Both the position numbers and the translations under genes were made by a program. The notes under the pieces are model-generated. The model made no database searches. It worked only from the letters and a program-made list of their open reading frames with translations, and had not been told where the DNA came from. Below, piece after piece: positions 6,613 to 15,704 of a DNA stretch of 20,864 nucleotides. Where the stretch lies: NCBI GenBank assembly GCA_018650165.1, contig JABIGM010000066.1:1-20864 (forward strand). Direction: 5' to 3'. Each line of letters begins with the position of its first letter. The first letter of the stretch is position 1. Origin of the DNA: Methanobacteriota archaeon (lineage in GTDB: Archaea; Thermoplasmatota; Poseidoniia; Poseidoniales; Poseidoniaceae).

Positions 6613-9558
6613 ATGAGCGAAGATGATTCCAAGCCAGAAGACGACCCGTCGTCTCGCCAAAAACGCCTTTCGCGTATATTTGGTCATGGCCAAGAAAATT
6701 TGACTTCTAGAGTCAAAGAATGGGATGCTCGAAAGGCACTGGATGCGGTATTGGATGCGCCGAAATCTCTGCAAAGGGAATGGCAAAAGCATGGAGCCAC
6801 AGGAATCTTAACCAAATTCCCTGTTTTTATGGTACTAATCTGTCTACTTGCCTCAACCTTCTTTGCATATCATTCCGGATTCGTGGATGGAACTTCTATC
6901 AAGCCCGGTGATGAACCATCACTGAATGTAAATGGCGACCTTGACGTTTATCTCCCCGAAGGTTCTCCTGTATTGGAATCAATCAAAGAAGTAGAGGAAA
7001 ATTGGTCAACAAATGTGATGATTATTTACATCGATTCCCCTGCGAAGCCGATTGATGATCAAAGGATTTTACAGGAAATGTCCTATGTTGAAGAACAGCT
7101 CAATCCGCGTCTTTCAGACCCTACAGATGACGTAATTTACGCATTATCACTCTCGACTGTTGTAAAGGAAGTCAATTCAAGTGTCCCGCGAGTTCAAGAT
7201 GCACTTATCGACCAAATGGTTGCTGAGATTTGTCCACCGAATGATGAGAATTGTATTGGTGAAACGGGTGGTGAGGCAGTGAAGGATTTACTCGGTGTTG
7301 CTGACGATTTCTGGGGGTCTTACAGCATACCATCGCAGACCACAATCGACACTATTGTTAATGAAATGTATGAGGATGATGGCTCTCCATCTCCTGGTTT
7401 AGATAAGTTGGCACGCGATACTGATTCCGATGGTTTCCTCGATAAGGCAGTAATTATTATTGCAGTAGATGAGACCAAAACCGCTAAGGAAGTCATTGAG
7501 AAAACTCAGGCAATTCTAGATAATATTTCTAAAGAGATGCGCCCTTGTGAGTTTGATGCAAATGGAAATCCAGATGGCCCAAATGAATGTGATTGGGAAG
7601 ACCTTGGAATAACAATGACACTAACAGGGCCGGTTCCTATTACCAACGCAGTCACTGAATTTTCATTCAAATTGTTCTGGCAAATTTTCCCTCTTGCGAT
7701 TGTATTGGTTGCAATTGGCTTGTTCGTGTTCCATTCTGATGTTTTACAAACTGGTTCTTGGAGGCCAATTCAGGGAATAAAAGTGGTCATCATCGCTGGA
7801 CTGCCTACCCTCTGTTCTGTGTTTTGGACATTGGGACTTATGGGGTATACCGGTTATGAGGTGACGATGACGGTAATTATTGTCGGGCCGATATTACTTG
7901 CACTGGGTGTCTCATATGGGCTGCACATAACGAACCGTTATGCTGAAGAAAGCGGAACTAAAGATGAGAAAATACGCCAATCACTTGCTTCAACTGGTAG
8001 GGCTGTTTTCCTATCAGCTGTAACAACAGTTATCGGTTTCATTTCGCTAACCTTCACTCCAATGAAACCGATTGAAACAGTCGGTATCGCTCTTTCTGGT
8101 GGCATTATCATTGTCTATATCTTAACCATGGCAATGGTGCCAAATCTGACCTTACTTTTGGATTTACGCAAGGCTAAGCACCCCCCACTCCCGGTCTTCG
8201 AAAAGGTTGTTGATGTGCCAATTAAGTGGTCAAAGGCGGTTATTGTATTCTTCTTGACACTGATATTTATTTCTGGTTTCTGGGGCCAAGCAAATGTAGA
8301 GGAAGACATCGATCTCCTTGGAATGGCTCCAGAAGATGAGCCATCTGTTGTAACTATGAAACAGTACTCTTACGACTTCAATGCTGGTCAAGTTGGAATG
8401 GTATTAGTTGAAGGTGATATTTCTGGAGATGCCCCTCTTGAGGAGGCAGAACCAGTTGAAAAATTGCTTGGTATTTCAGCACTGGAAAATGAACTGAATA
8501 CCATCGATCAAACTACTGCAGTAAGTATTGTGTTTCTTATGAAATCTGTAGGTTTCGGTGGAAATATTAGTGGTTCTGCAATCTTTAATTTAACCGATAA
8601 TCCGTTGTTCCCTGAGGATTTACGCGATGCTCTTGAACCCTACCTAAATCGTCAATATTCCGAAGATGTAACATTCTGGGAGGTACTAACTGCACCGCGA
8701 GCAAATGGGACGCAAAATGTGAATGCAGAGAGATTTTTGCTAAATGTCTTCTATTCCAGCCTTACAGATGAAACCAGAGGCCTGTTCATATCTGATGATT
8801 ATAGCAGGAATTTGATTTATGTCGACATGCCTTTCGTTCCAGTCGCCGAAACGACTGAAGCAGTATCGCAGGTTAACGAATATACGTCGCGTGATTATGA
8901 AGGCAATATTCACGCAGGTGACCTCACAGGTGTGGCGGCTACAGCAATTGCCGTCAACGAATTAATCGTGAGCAGCCAGTGGTCATCACTTGGTTTTGCA
9001 GTTGCGTTGACATTGATGACTTTAGCTATAGTATTCAAGGACATCAGATTTTCCATATGGACCACAGCACCAGTCATAGCGACAGTTGCTCTTCAATGGT
9101 TAGTGATGTGGCAAATGGATGTTTCACTTTCACTTGTAACAGTGATGATCGGTTCGATTTTGGTTGGTGTTGGTGTTGATTTCTCAATCCACATAGCCAA
9201 CCGTATACGCGAATTGGGCGGCGGTATTGAGGCGATTAGAACCTCGACGGTGAGTACGGGTATGTCGTTGTTTGAAGCTGCTACAGTTACTACACTCGGA
9301 ATGGTCACCGCATACCAAATCCCGATTCCTGAAATCAAACCATTTATCACCGTCATTATCATATTACTATGGATCGCTGCCGCCAGTGCACTAATCCTCT
9401 TACCTGCAATTTTCGTTCTACTCGAAGAGTTAGGAATTGGCTCTTCAGGTGGTGCAAGTTCGATGGCACGTAAACTTGGACTAGGAAAAGTTGCAGTCCG
9501 TGGCGATATTGATGTTGCTGACGCAACACTAATTCCTGACCATGGCGATGCATGGTGA
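6613..9558 (+). CDS. RND-superfamily transporter, MMPL/HAE3-like
   Basis: 981 aa with the duplicated 1 TM + large loop + 5 TM architecture. Motifs LTGPVPI and LTGVAATAIA before the TM bundles, LALGVSYGLHITNRY (TM4), TGRAVFLSAVTTVIGF, GVGVDFSIHIANR (TM10), AATVTTLG. GAGGGG RBS at 6603-6608. Confidence 0.92.
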   Translation: MSEDDSKPEDDPSSRQKRLSRIFGHGQENLTSRVKEWDARKALDAVLDAPKSLQREWQKHGATGILTKFPVFMVLICLLASTFFAYHSGFVDGTSIKPGDEPSLNVNGDLDVYLPEGSPVLESIKEVEENWSTNVMIIYIDSPAKPIDDQRILQEMSYVEEQLNPRLSDPTDDVIYALSLSTVVKEVNSSVPRVQDALIDQMVAEICPPNDENCIGETGGEAVKDLLGVADDFWGSYSIPSQTTIDTIVNEMYEDDGSPSPGLDKLARDTDSDGFLDKAVIIIAVDETKTAKEVIEKTQAILDNISKEMRPCEFDANGNPDGPNECDWEDLGITMTLTGPVPITNAVTEFSFKLFWQIFPLAIVLVAIGLFVFHSDVLQTGSWRPIQGIKVVIIAGLPTLCSVFWTLGLMGYTGYEVTMTVIIVGPILLALGVSYGLHITNRYAEESGTKDEKIRQSLASTGRAVFLSAVTTVIGFISLTFTPMKPIETVGIALSGGIIIVYILTMAMVPNLTLLLDLRKAKHPPLPVFEKVVDVPIKWSKAVIVFFLTLIFISGFWGQANVEEDIDLLGMAPEDEPSVVTMKQYSYDFNAGQVGMVLVEGDISGDAPLEEAEPVEKLLGISALENELNTIDQTTAVSIVFLMKSVGFGGNISGSAIFNLTDNPLFPEDLRDALEPYLNRQYSEDVTFWEVLTAPRANGTQNVNAERFLLNVFYSSLTDETRGLFISDDYSRNLIYVDMPFVPVAETTEAVSQVNEYTSRDYEGNIHAGDLTGVAATAIAVNELIVSSQWSSLGFAVALTLMTLAIVFKDIRFSIWTTAPVIATVALQWLVMWQMDVSLSLVTVMIGSILVGVGVDFSIHIANRIRELGGGIEAIRTSTVSTGMSLFEAATVTTLGMVTAYQIPIPEIKPFITVIIILLWIAAASALILLPAIFVLLEELGIGSSGGASSMARKLGLGKVAVRGDIDVADATLIPDHGDAW

Positions 9559-9589
9559 ACTCTAAGAGATGTGACATTGACGAGCACCC

Positions 9590-10051
9590 ATGGCGCGCTA
9601 CTGGCTAATGAAGTCGGAGCCTGACGTCTACCCTTTTTCTCAATTGGTCGCAGATGGCTCAACTCATTGGGACGGAGTTCGAAACTATCAGGCAAGGAAC
9701 ATGATGCGAGATGACTTGAAACTAGGCGACATGGTCTTGTTTTATCACTCAAATACAAAGCCTCCACATGTTGCCGGAATTGCCCGTGTTAGTCGTGAAG
9801 GATACCCAGACCATACCTCCTGGGACCCTGAAAGCAAATATTTTGATGCAAAATCTTCACCGGATAACCCTCGGTGGGTTATGGTTGAAATAGAAGCGAT
9901 CAGAGAAATGAATCCGGTAAGTTTAGTCGATGTCAAAGCAAATCCTGTACTCGATGATATGCCTCTTGTTCAAAGGGGACAACGGCTTTCAGTTCAACCA
10001 GTGTCCAAAGGACAATATGAAGAAATCTGTCGAATGGGGGGAGTAGAATGA
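9590..10051 (+). CDS. EVE domain protein (THYN1-like, PUA/ASCH superfamily)
   Basis: YWLMKSEP, WDGVRNYQARN, GDMVLFYHSN, YPDHTSWDPESKYFDAKS, PRWVMV and RLSVQPV are the characteristic EVE motifs. Confidence 0.95.
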   Translation: MARYWLMKSEPDVYPFSQLVADGSTHWDGVRNYQARNMMRDDLKLGDMVLFYHSNTKPPHVAGIARVSREGYPDHTSWDPESKYFDAKSSPDNPRWVMVEIEAIREMNPVSLVDVKANPVLDDMPLVQRGQRLSVQPVSKGQYEEICRMGGVE

Positions 10052-11259
10052 TTCCTGTTTCCTCGCGTGCATCGACTATCGAATACGCAATCAGAGATGT
10101 TGTAGTTCCTGCTACAAAACTCGAGGCAGAGGGCCACGAAATTATCAAATTAAATATCGGTGATCCAATTGCCTATCCAGGTCTGCCAACCCCCCCTCAC
10201 ATGGTTGAGGCTTACCGCAAGGGTTTGGCAGATGGCAATAATGGATACTCGCCCTCATATGGAATTCCACAATTAAGGGCAGCAATTGCATCTGATGAAA
10301 CAAACAAGGGTTGGGATTGCAGAAGCGAAGATGTCTATGTCTGCCATGGAGTTACTGAGGCATTACAGATAATATTTGCAGCAACACTGGAAGAGGGCAC
10401 AAAAGTTCTGGCGCCTGGACCGCACTATCCTCCCTACATGGCCTATCCTCAAATGTATGGAGCCACCACTATTGAATACGCCCTAAAACCAGATGATGGA
10501 TGGTCGATTGATTTCGCAGATATCGAGTCTAAAATGGATTCAAGTGTGCGGCTATTGGTGATTATTAATCCAAATAATCCAACAGGCAATGTTGCTGGAG
10601 CGGAAGAGATTGACAAACTCTTAGCGATTGCAAGGAAGTGGCCTAACTGTATGATTGTCGCAGATGAAATCTATGATGGCCTAGATTTCAGTGGCAACCA
10701 TGCATCAGTAGCATCGCGTTCAAATGATGTACCAATTTTCTCGCTAAATGGTGTTTCAAAAGTCTACTATGCGCCAGGTTGGCGAATCGGTTACCTTGCA
10801 ATACACGACCCCTCGAATGTAATGTCTGATGTAAAGGATGGTATCGAGCGTCTACTACGTTCACGACTTTGTGCGAGCACACCGGCGCAACTTGGCTACT
10901 TAGAGGGGCTAACTGCTGATAGATCATGGATGGTAGAATATACGACCAAGGTACAATCTCGCCGCCAATTATGTCTTGATAGGATTTCAGAAATAGAAGG
11001 AATTGAGGTTGAAGCTCCGGGGGGTGCTTTCTACATGTTTGCCAGGCTAACCGATGAAATGTGGATGAAAAATGACAAAGATTTTGTGCTTAAACTATTG
11101 CATGAAGAACATGTTTTGGTAGTACATGGGAGTGGTTTCTCGCCACAACTAGGGTCCGGGCATATTCGTATTGTTTATTTGGCCGATGAAGACACACTGA
11201 ACTCTGCTTTTGATAGAATCAATTCATTTTTGCAACGTCACAGAACGGCGAAGAAGTGA
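10048..11259 (+). CDS. alaA: Alanine aminotransferase-like PLP-dependent class I/II aminotransferase
   Basis: IEYAIRDVVVPA, KLNIGDP, GVTEALQIIF, GPHYPPY, INPNNPTG, ADEIYD, NGVSKVYYAPGWRIGY (PLP Lys), NDKDFVL, VHGSGF; closely follows my recollection of Pyrococcus furiosus AlaAT. Overlaps the EVE stop (ATGA); GGAG RBS upstream. Confidence 0.88.
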   Translation: MIPVSSRASTIEYAIRDVVVPATKLEAEGHEIIKLNIGDPIAYPGLPTPPHMVEAYRKGLADGNNGYSPSYGIPQLRAAIASDETNKGWDCRSEDVYVCHGVTEALQIIFAATLEEGTKVLAPGPHYPPYMAYPQMYGATTIEYALKPDDGWSIDFADIESKMDSSVRLLVIINPNNPTGNVAGAEEIDKLLAIARKWPNCMIVADEIYDGLDFSGNHASVASRSNDVPIFSLNGVSKVYYAPGWRIGYLAIHDPSNVMSDVKDGIERLLRSRLCASTPAQLGYLEGLTADRSWMVEYTTKVQSRRQLCLDRISEIEGIEVEAPGGAFYMFARLTDEMWMKNDKDFVLKLLHEEHVLVVHGSGFSPQLGSGHIRIVYLADEDTLNSAFDRINSFLQRHRTAKK

Positions 11260-11285
11260 TGAAGTCCATGCCTTAGGCATGGTTG

Positions 11286-14200
11286 ATGAGGCGATTGCTG
11301 CTTGCATGCTTGGCATGCGTACTCTTTGCACCAATTGTAAGTGCAGGTACAGTAGAAAATCCATCTGAATTGTCACTCAATCATCTGCTCCCATTTCTCA
11401 TATCATTTGTAACTGCAATGATTCTCTGGAAATGGATGATTCCAAAACAACTATCTGGCTTGCAAGTAGGCTTTGAGATAGACGATGGGCTATATGAAGT
11501 TCATAGTTTATCTAAGGGTAGAGGCGGAGTAAAACGCTTACTTGGTCTAAAAAATGTGGGGCTTGGAATCGCACTATACATGATGGCAATGACTGGAGTT
11601 TTATTGCTGATTGCTGAACTAATATTCGAGCCCGGAATTTATTATTTGCCCAATTTAATATTGATGGGTTTACTTGTAGTGATTCCAATTATTATGTCTC
11701 CATGGGAGTCTTTGAATGGCCAATTAGTTGGTCGAAGAATCGGAGTTGGGAAAAAGAGAGTAGTACGTCTATTTGTGCGTCGTGTGGGGACAATTATTGG
11801 TCTATTTGCTGGAGCAACAGCCTCTTACTTCTTCATCTATCCTGAGCTGAGTGCATCACAAAAACCTCTGGCCATTGCGATTGCAGGTCTTGTTTTCATG
11901 GGCCCAACAATCCTTGCATATGGTCGTATTATGGGCGCATCATGGAACATGTTAGTAATCGGTAAAGTGAGAACATGGCTTGGGAAACCAAATCCGATTG
12001 ATGCTAAAAAATTAGGATTTGTTGGCCGAGCATTTGCTTTCATTCTTATCCTGTTTCTGATGACCATGCCGCTAACTGCAATTAATGGAATTGTAACGGT
12101 GTTGTACATCATGCTCAAGAGTCCGGATAATTCGCAAGAAGTGTTGAATTACGGTGGTATTTTGGGTCACGAAGTTTATCTTTTGATTCAAGAAAATGCT
12201 TTGCTAGCCGAATGGGAGGCGCTAAAAAGTTTGCCAGAAGTACTTGCAGCATACCTTTCTCTAAACATTGCGATCGTCGGTCTCGCGTTCATATTTGAAC
12301 TGATTCGCAACCTTTTCCTCGGAGGGCAGGCGTTCGGAGGTTTAGGTGGGGTTATGCTAGCAACTCCACGTGAAATCCGTTCAGAAGACCGAGCACAAGC
12401 GCGTGTACTTTATTTCGCATTTGCTGGGTTCAGTGGTTATACTGCGCTCCTGTTAATCCTAGTATGTTACAAGGAATTTGGAAGTCTCATGCCCTTCATT
12501 GAATGGCTTGAGAGCCGTGGCTTTGATGAGGAAAACCGTTTATTAGTCACTTGGATATTCATTGCAGTTGGGCAAGCAATTTTCCTTGTTACTTGGCTTC
12601 TTTCTGTGGGCAAGTTCTCCCTTTTGCGCAATCTCAAATTCGATTTGAATCCTGATGAGAGGAGAGAAGGTGCCATTATGAGCGGTGGTGGTAATTGGAT
12701 GTTTGACCTGATTGATGAGTCCGCCTTGAAGAACGATGTCGACGGTTTGATACGTTTCCAAAACCGCTCTATACCGGAGGATGAAGCAATTGTTAGGATG
12801 GCCAAAAGCCGAGCTAGAATGGTAGAGATGGCGATACGGGGACTTTGGCCCGCGGCTATTGAAGAAGGAAAGAAAGTACTTGCTCAGGCTGGTGGCGATA
12901 ATGATGAAGCGCGAATGATTATTGCAGCAGGTCACATTGCATGTCGGAGATTGGATGCTGCGAGAGAAGCGCTGCATAATCTCCAACAACCGGAAGGATA
13001 TGATGAGCCTGAACTGATGGCATTTGTTTGCGAATGGTTTGATCCTTGGAATGGTTCTGTTGATGAGGATGATTTATGGGATTGGGAGAATAATTCTTGT
13101 ATTGACCACCTCAATGATTTGATGCGAATGATGCAATCTTGGAGTCCACAGCCTGCCGAAAGTGCTCTCCACAAAGATAGTTTGACAGTGACTGCCAAAC
13201 TATCGCATATTGCTTTATTACGTGCGCAGAATATGCACAAAGAAGCCCTCGATATGTCTCTGCGTATGGTAAGGGAACACCCGCTAATGGCGAAAACAAG
13301 AATTGCTGCTGCCTTGTGCCTGATTGACAAAGGAGACTGGCACAGTGCCCTGAGTGTTCTCAATGAACTGGAAGAGACTGACCCGCACGATCCACGGGTC
13401 CAAGCATTAGCCAATATCCTTGGTCGCCCAAAATCAAATGACGAAGAGATCCTCGAAATTGCGCTAACCCAGCCAATGACCAAGCGTTCTCGCAAATGGA
13501 TTAATGATGCACCAATTAATCCAGTTGCAGCGCTTATGGTTAAGGGTGGAGTAGATGAGGCACTAAATGCAAATATCCTGATTGCAGCATCTTCTGCTGT
13601 CGAGCGTCGGATGACACCAAGGTTTACTTCAGGAATATTATCACAGATCATTAATTGGGGGATTCTAACGCCATTATGGTTAATGGCTGGAATTTATGCC
13701 TCAGGTGAAATCGGAGCCGCTGAGGGAATTGCTATTTCCTTAGGACTAGTTTTCGCTCATCAAAACGCTCTTCGTTTCCGCAAACAACAATCGCGAGTTA
13801 TCCGACACCGAGATCAAAAAGCGATGATCGCATATGCTAAAAGAATAAAGCGTCACAAGATTAATTTGGTTCGAAATGAAGTTCCAGTTGGAACTCACTT
13901 ACTTCTTTCAGGGATGTTATTGACTATCAACGGAGTCGTGTATGATATTGGATTACCTGGATGGCTGACCACTCTTGTTCCTAAAGAAAGTGAACGTGCA
14001 GTCAAGCCTAAGTTAGCACGTCGTGCAAATGCAATGAAGCGTGAGAGGGTTGCGAGAATGCAAAACTTGACTCCTGGGTGGTGGTTGAAGAGGCCAAAGG
14101 AAGTCGGTTCAGAAGTACCCGCAATGGAACGCCTAGTAGGCCCTGTTGCTTATCGTGGCCGCTCACAGGTTATCAGCCGCAAATCCGGTAGAGCAGCCCG

Positions 14201-14336
14201 CCCAATGGGACGTTCTCGTAATCAAACGGAAATTATGTCGTCTGAACTCCAAAGAAAAGGTGTCCCGCACAACACGATTCGTTCAGAAAAGCAGTCGCGG
14301 GCTATGGGCCGTGGAGGTCCTCGCAGACCAAGTTGA
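11286..14336 (+). CDS. Large membrane protein with signal peptide, about 10 TM helices, TPR-like helical region and basic C-terminal tail
   Basis: MRRLLLACLACVLFAPIVSA signal-like N-terminus (ATG 11286; track start TTG 11283); hydrophobic segments to about residue 445; TPR-like AKTRIAAALCLIDKGDWHSALSVLNELEETDPHDPRVQAL and EARMIIAAGHIACRRLDAAREAL; further hydrophobic segments near residues 790-825; R/K-rich tail. Confidence 0.8.
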   Translation: MRRLLLACLACVLFAPIVSAGTVENPSELSLNHLLPFLISFVTAMILWKWMIPKQLSGLQVGFEIDDGLYEVHSLSKGRGGVKRLLGLKNVGLGIALYMMAMTGVLLLIAELIFEPGIYYLPNLILMGLLVVIPIIMSPWESLNGQLVGRRIGVGKKRVVRLFVRRVGTIIGLFAGATASYFFIYPELSASQKPLAIAIAGLVFMGPTILAYGRIMGASWNMLVIGKVRTWLGKPNPIDAKKLGFVGRAFAFILILFLMTMPLTAINGIVTVLYIMLKSPDNSQEVLNYGGILGHEVYLLIQENALLAEWEALKSLPEVLAAYLSLNIAIVGLAFIFELIRNLFLGGQAFGGLGGVMLATPREIRSEDRAQARVLYFAFAGFSGYTALLLILVCYKEFGSLMPFIEWLESRGFDEENRLLVTWIFIAVGQAIFLVTWLLSVGKFSLLRNLKFDLNPDERREGAIMSGGGNWMFDLIDESALKNDVDGLIRFQNRSIPEDEAIVRMAKSRARMVEMAIRGLWPAAIEEGKKVLAQAGGDNDEARMIIAAGHIACRRLDAAREALHNLQQPEGYDEPELMAFVCEWFDPWNGSVDEDDLWDWENNSCIDHLNDLMRMMQSWSPQPAESALHKDSLTVTAKLSHIALLRAQNMHKEALDMSLRMVREHPLMAKTRIAAALCLIDKGDWHSALSVLNELEETDPHDPRVQALANILGRPKSNDEEILEIALTQPMTKRSRKWINDAPINPVAALMVKGGVDEALNANILIAASSAVERRMTPRFTSGILSQIINWGILTPLWLMAGIYASGEIGAAEGIAISLGLVFAHQNALRFRKQQSRVIRHRDQKAMIAYAKRIKRHKINLVRNEVPVGTHLLLSGMLLTINGVVYDIGLPGWLTTLVPKESERAVKPKLARRANAMKRERVARMQNLTPGWWLKRPKEVGSEVPAMERLVGPVAYRGRSQVISRKSGRAARPMGRSRNQTEIMSSELQRKGVPHNTIRSEKQSRAMGRGGPRRPS

Positions 14337-14385
14337 GCATCTTCTAATTCAAAAGGGTCAAAGGCCGTATCATAGAGCATGGCAT

Positions 14386-15699
14386 ATGGTTGCGACAAGC
14401 GGCAGTGGAATCGCCAGTCCTGCAAATTTGGAACATGCTCAAATCGTCATGGATGCAGTTTCTTCTAGCGGAACTCTTTACCGCGAAGGTTTAGGCATGA
14501 TTGCGAGTGAAAATATTGTGTCCCCAATGGTGCAGAAAATTGTTTCAAGTGATTTACACGGTAGGTATGCAGAAGGTATGCCATTCAAACGATATTACCA
14601 AGGGTGTGGTGGATTTGATACCATTGAAGAACTAGGACTTGATTTAGCAAAAAAGGTCTTTAATGTTCCTTTTGCTAACATTCAATCAACAAGTGGAACG
14701 GTTTCAAATATTGCAGCATTGAAAGCATTATCTAAGCCCGGCGATTCAATAACCGCTGTATCAACTGCCGATGGAGGGCATATCTCACATGCACGAATGG
14801 GTGCAGTTGGTTTGAGAGATTTAAATCTCTCAACATACCCATGGGATGAAGAACGAATGGAACCGGATATCGATGCATCTACAGCGCTTATCCGAGAAGT
14901 AGCACCAAAAGTAGCGTTATTTGGCCAATCTGTTTTCCTTTTTCCCACGCCTCTAAAGGAATTGGCAGATGCTGCACATGAAGTAGGCTCGACTGTAATG
15001 TACGATGGCGCTCATGTACTGGGACTAATTGCAGGCGGATGCTTCCAAGACCCTCTTCACGAAGGCGCAGATGTAATGACCGGCTCTTCTCACAAAACCT
15101 TCCCTGGACCGCAAGGTGGTTTTGTTCTGTCATCTAGTGGAGACGAAAAGTTTCAACGTCGCCTAAATAACGCGGTATTCCCGGGGACCTGTTCATCATA
15201 TCACCTTCACCATGTGGCTGGAAAAGTTGTAGCACTTGCCGAATTCCAAGAGTATGGTGTAGAATTATCCCGTAATACTGTGGCAAATGCACAAGAGTTT
15301 GCATCCGCACTAGCTACAGAAGGTTTTGATGTTCTTGCTGAATCACGGGGTTATACCGCTTCACACCAAGTGTTAACCCGACACGGTGATCTGGATTCAG
15401 GTGCAGGTGCCAAAGCAGCAGATCTGCTAGAGCAGGCTGGAATTATTACAAACATGAACATGCTTCCTGGCGACACAAAGGCCATGACTCCATCTGGTCT
15501 ACGGCTTGGAGTTCAAGAATTGACTCGTGTCGGTATGGGCACAGATGAAATGACGGATGTTGCAAGATTTTATGCAAGGGTTTTGCTGAAAGGTGAAGAC
15601 CCCTCTTCAGTTAAGAATGATGTGAGAGAATTCAAATCCAATTACCAAGTCATTCGTTACTGCTTTAATGAAGATGAAAGTAATGGTTATCCACTGTGA
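14386..15699 (+). CDS. glyA: Serine hydroxymethyltransferase, archaeal type
   Basis: MIASEN, GRYAEG, RYYQGC, STSGTVSN, DGGHISH, YDGAHVLGLIAG, GSSHKTFPGPQGG (PLP Lys), GLRLGVQELTRVGM. Start set to ATG 14386, just after the upstream stop; the track start at 14146 lies inside the TPR gene. Confidence 0.96.
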   Translation: MVATSGSGIASPANLEHAQIVMDAVSSSGTLYREGLGMIASENIVSPMVQKIVSSDLHGRYAEGMPFKRYYQGCGGFDTIEELGLDLAKKVFNVPFANIQSTSGTVSNIAALKALSKPGDSITAVSTADGGHISHARMGAVGLRDLNLSTYPWDEERMEPDIDASTALIREVAPKVALFGQSVFLFPTPLKELADAAHEVGSTVMYDGAHVLGLIAGGCFQDPLHEGADVMTGSSHKTFPGPQGGFVLSSSGDEKFQRRLNNAVFPGTCSSYHLHHVAGKVVALAEFQEYGVELSRNTVANAQEFASALATEGFDVLAESRGYTASHQVLTRHGDLDSGAGAKAADLLEQAGIITNMNMLPGDTKAMTPSGLRLGVQELTRVGMGTDEMTDVARFYARVLLKGEDPSSVKNDVREFKSNYQVIRYCFNEDESNGYPL

Positions 15700-15704
15700 T
15701 TAAC

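Noticed and set aside
6388-6792. 134-aa minus-strand ORF spanning the valS/RND divergent gap
   Set aside because: Overlaps both genes' starts and the promoter region; no recognisable motif or RBS.
9093-9767. 224-aa minus-strand ORF across the RND/EVE junction
   Set aside because: Antisense to two well-supported genes; low-complexity composition typical of shadow frames.
14146-14385. 80-aa N-terminal extension of SHMT overlapping the TPR gene (possible overprinting or frameshift fusion)
   Set aside because: SHMT homology starts after 14386, the track start is TTG, and no slippery sequence was seen; an open frame of this length can occur by chance.
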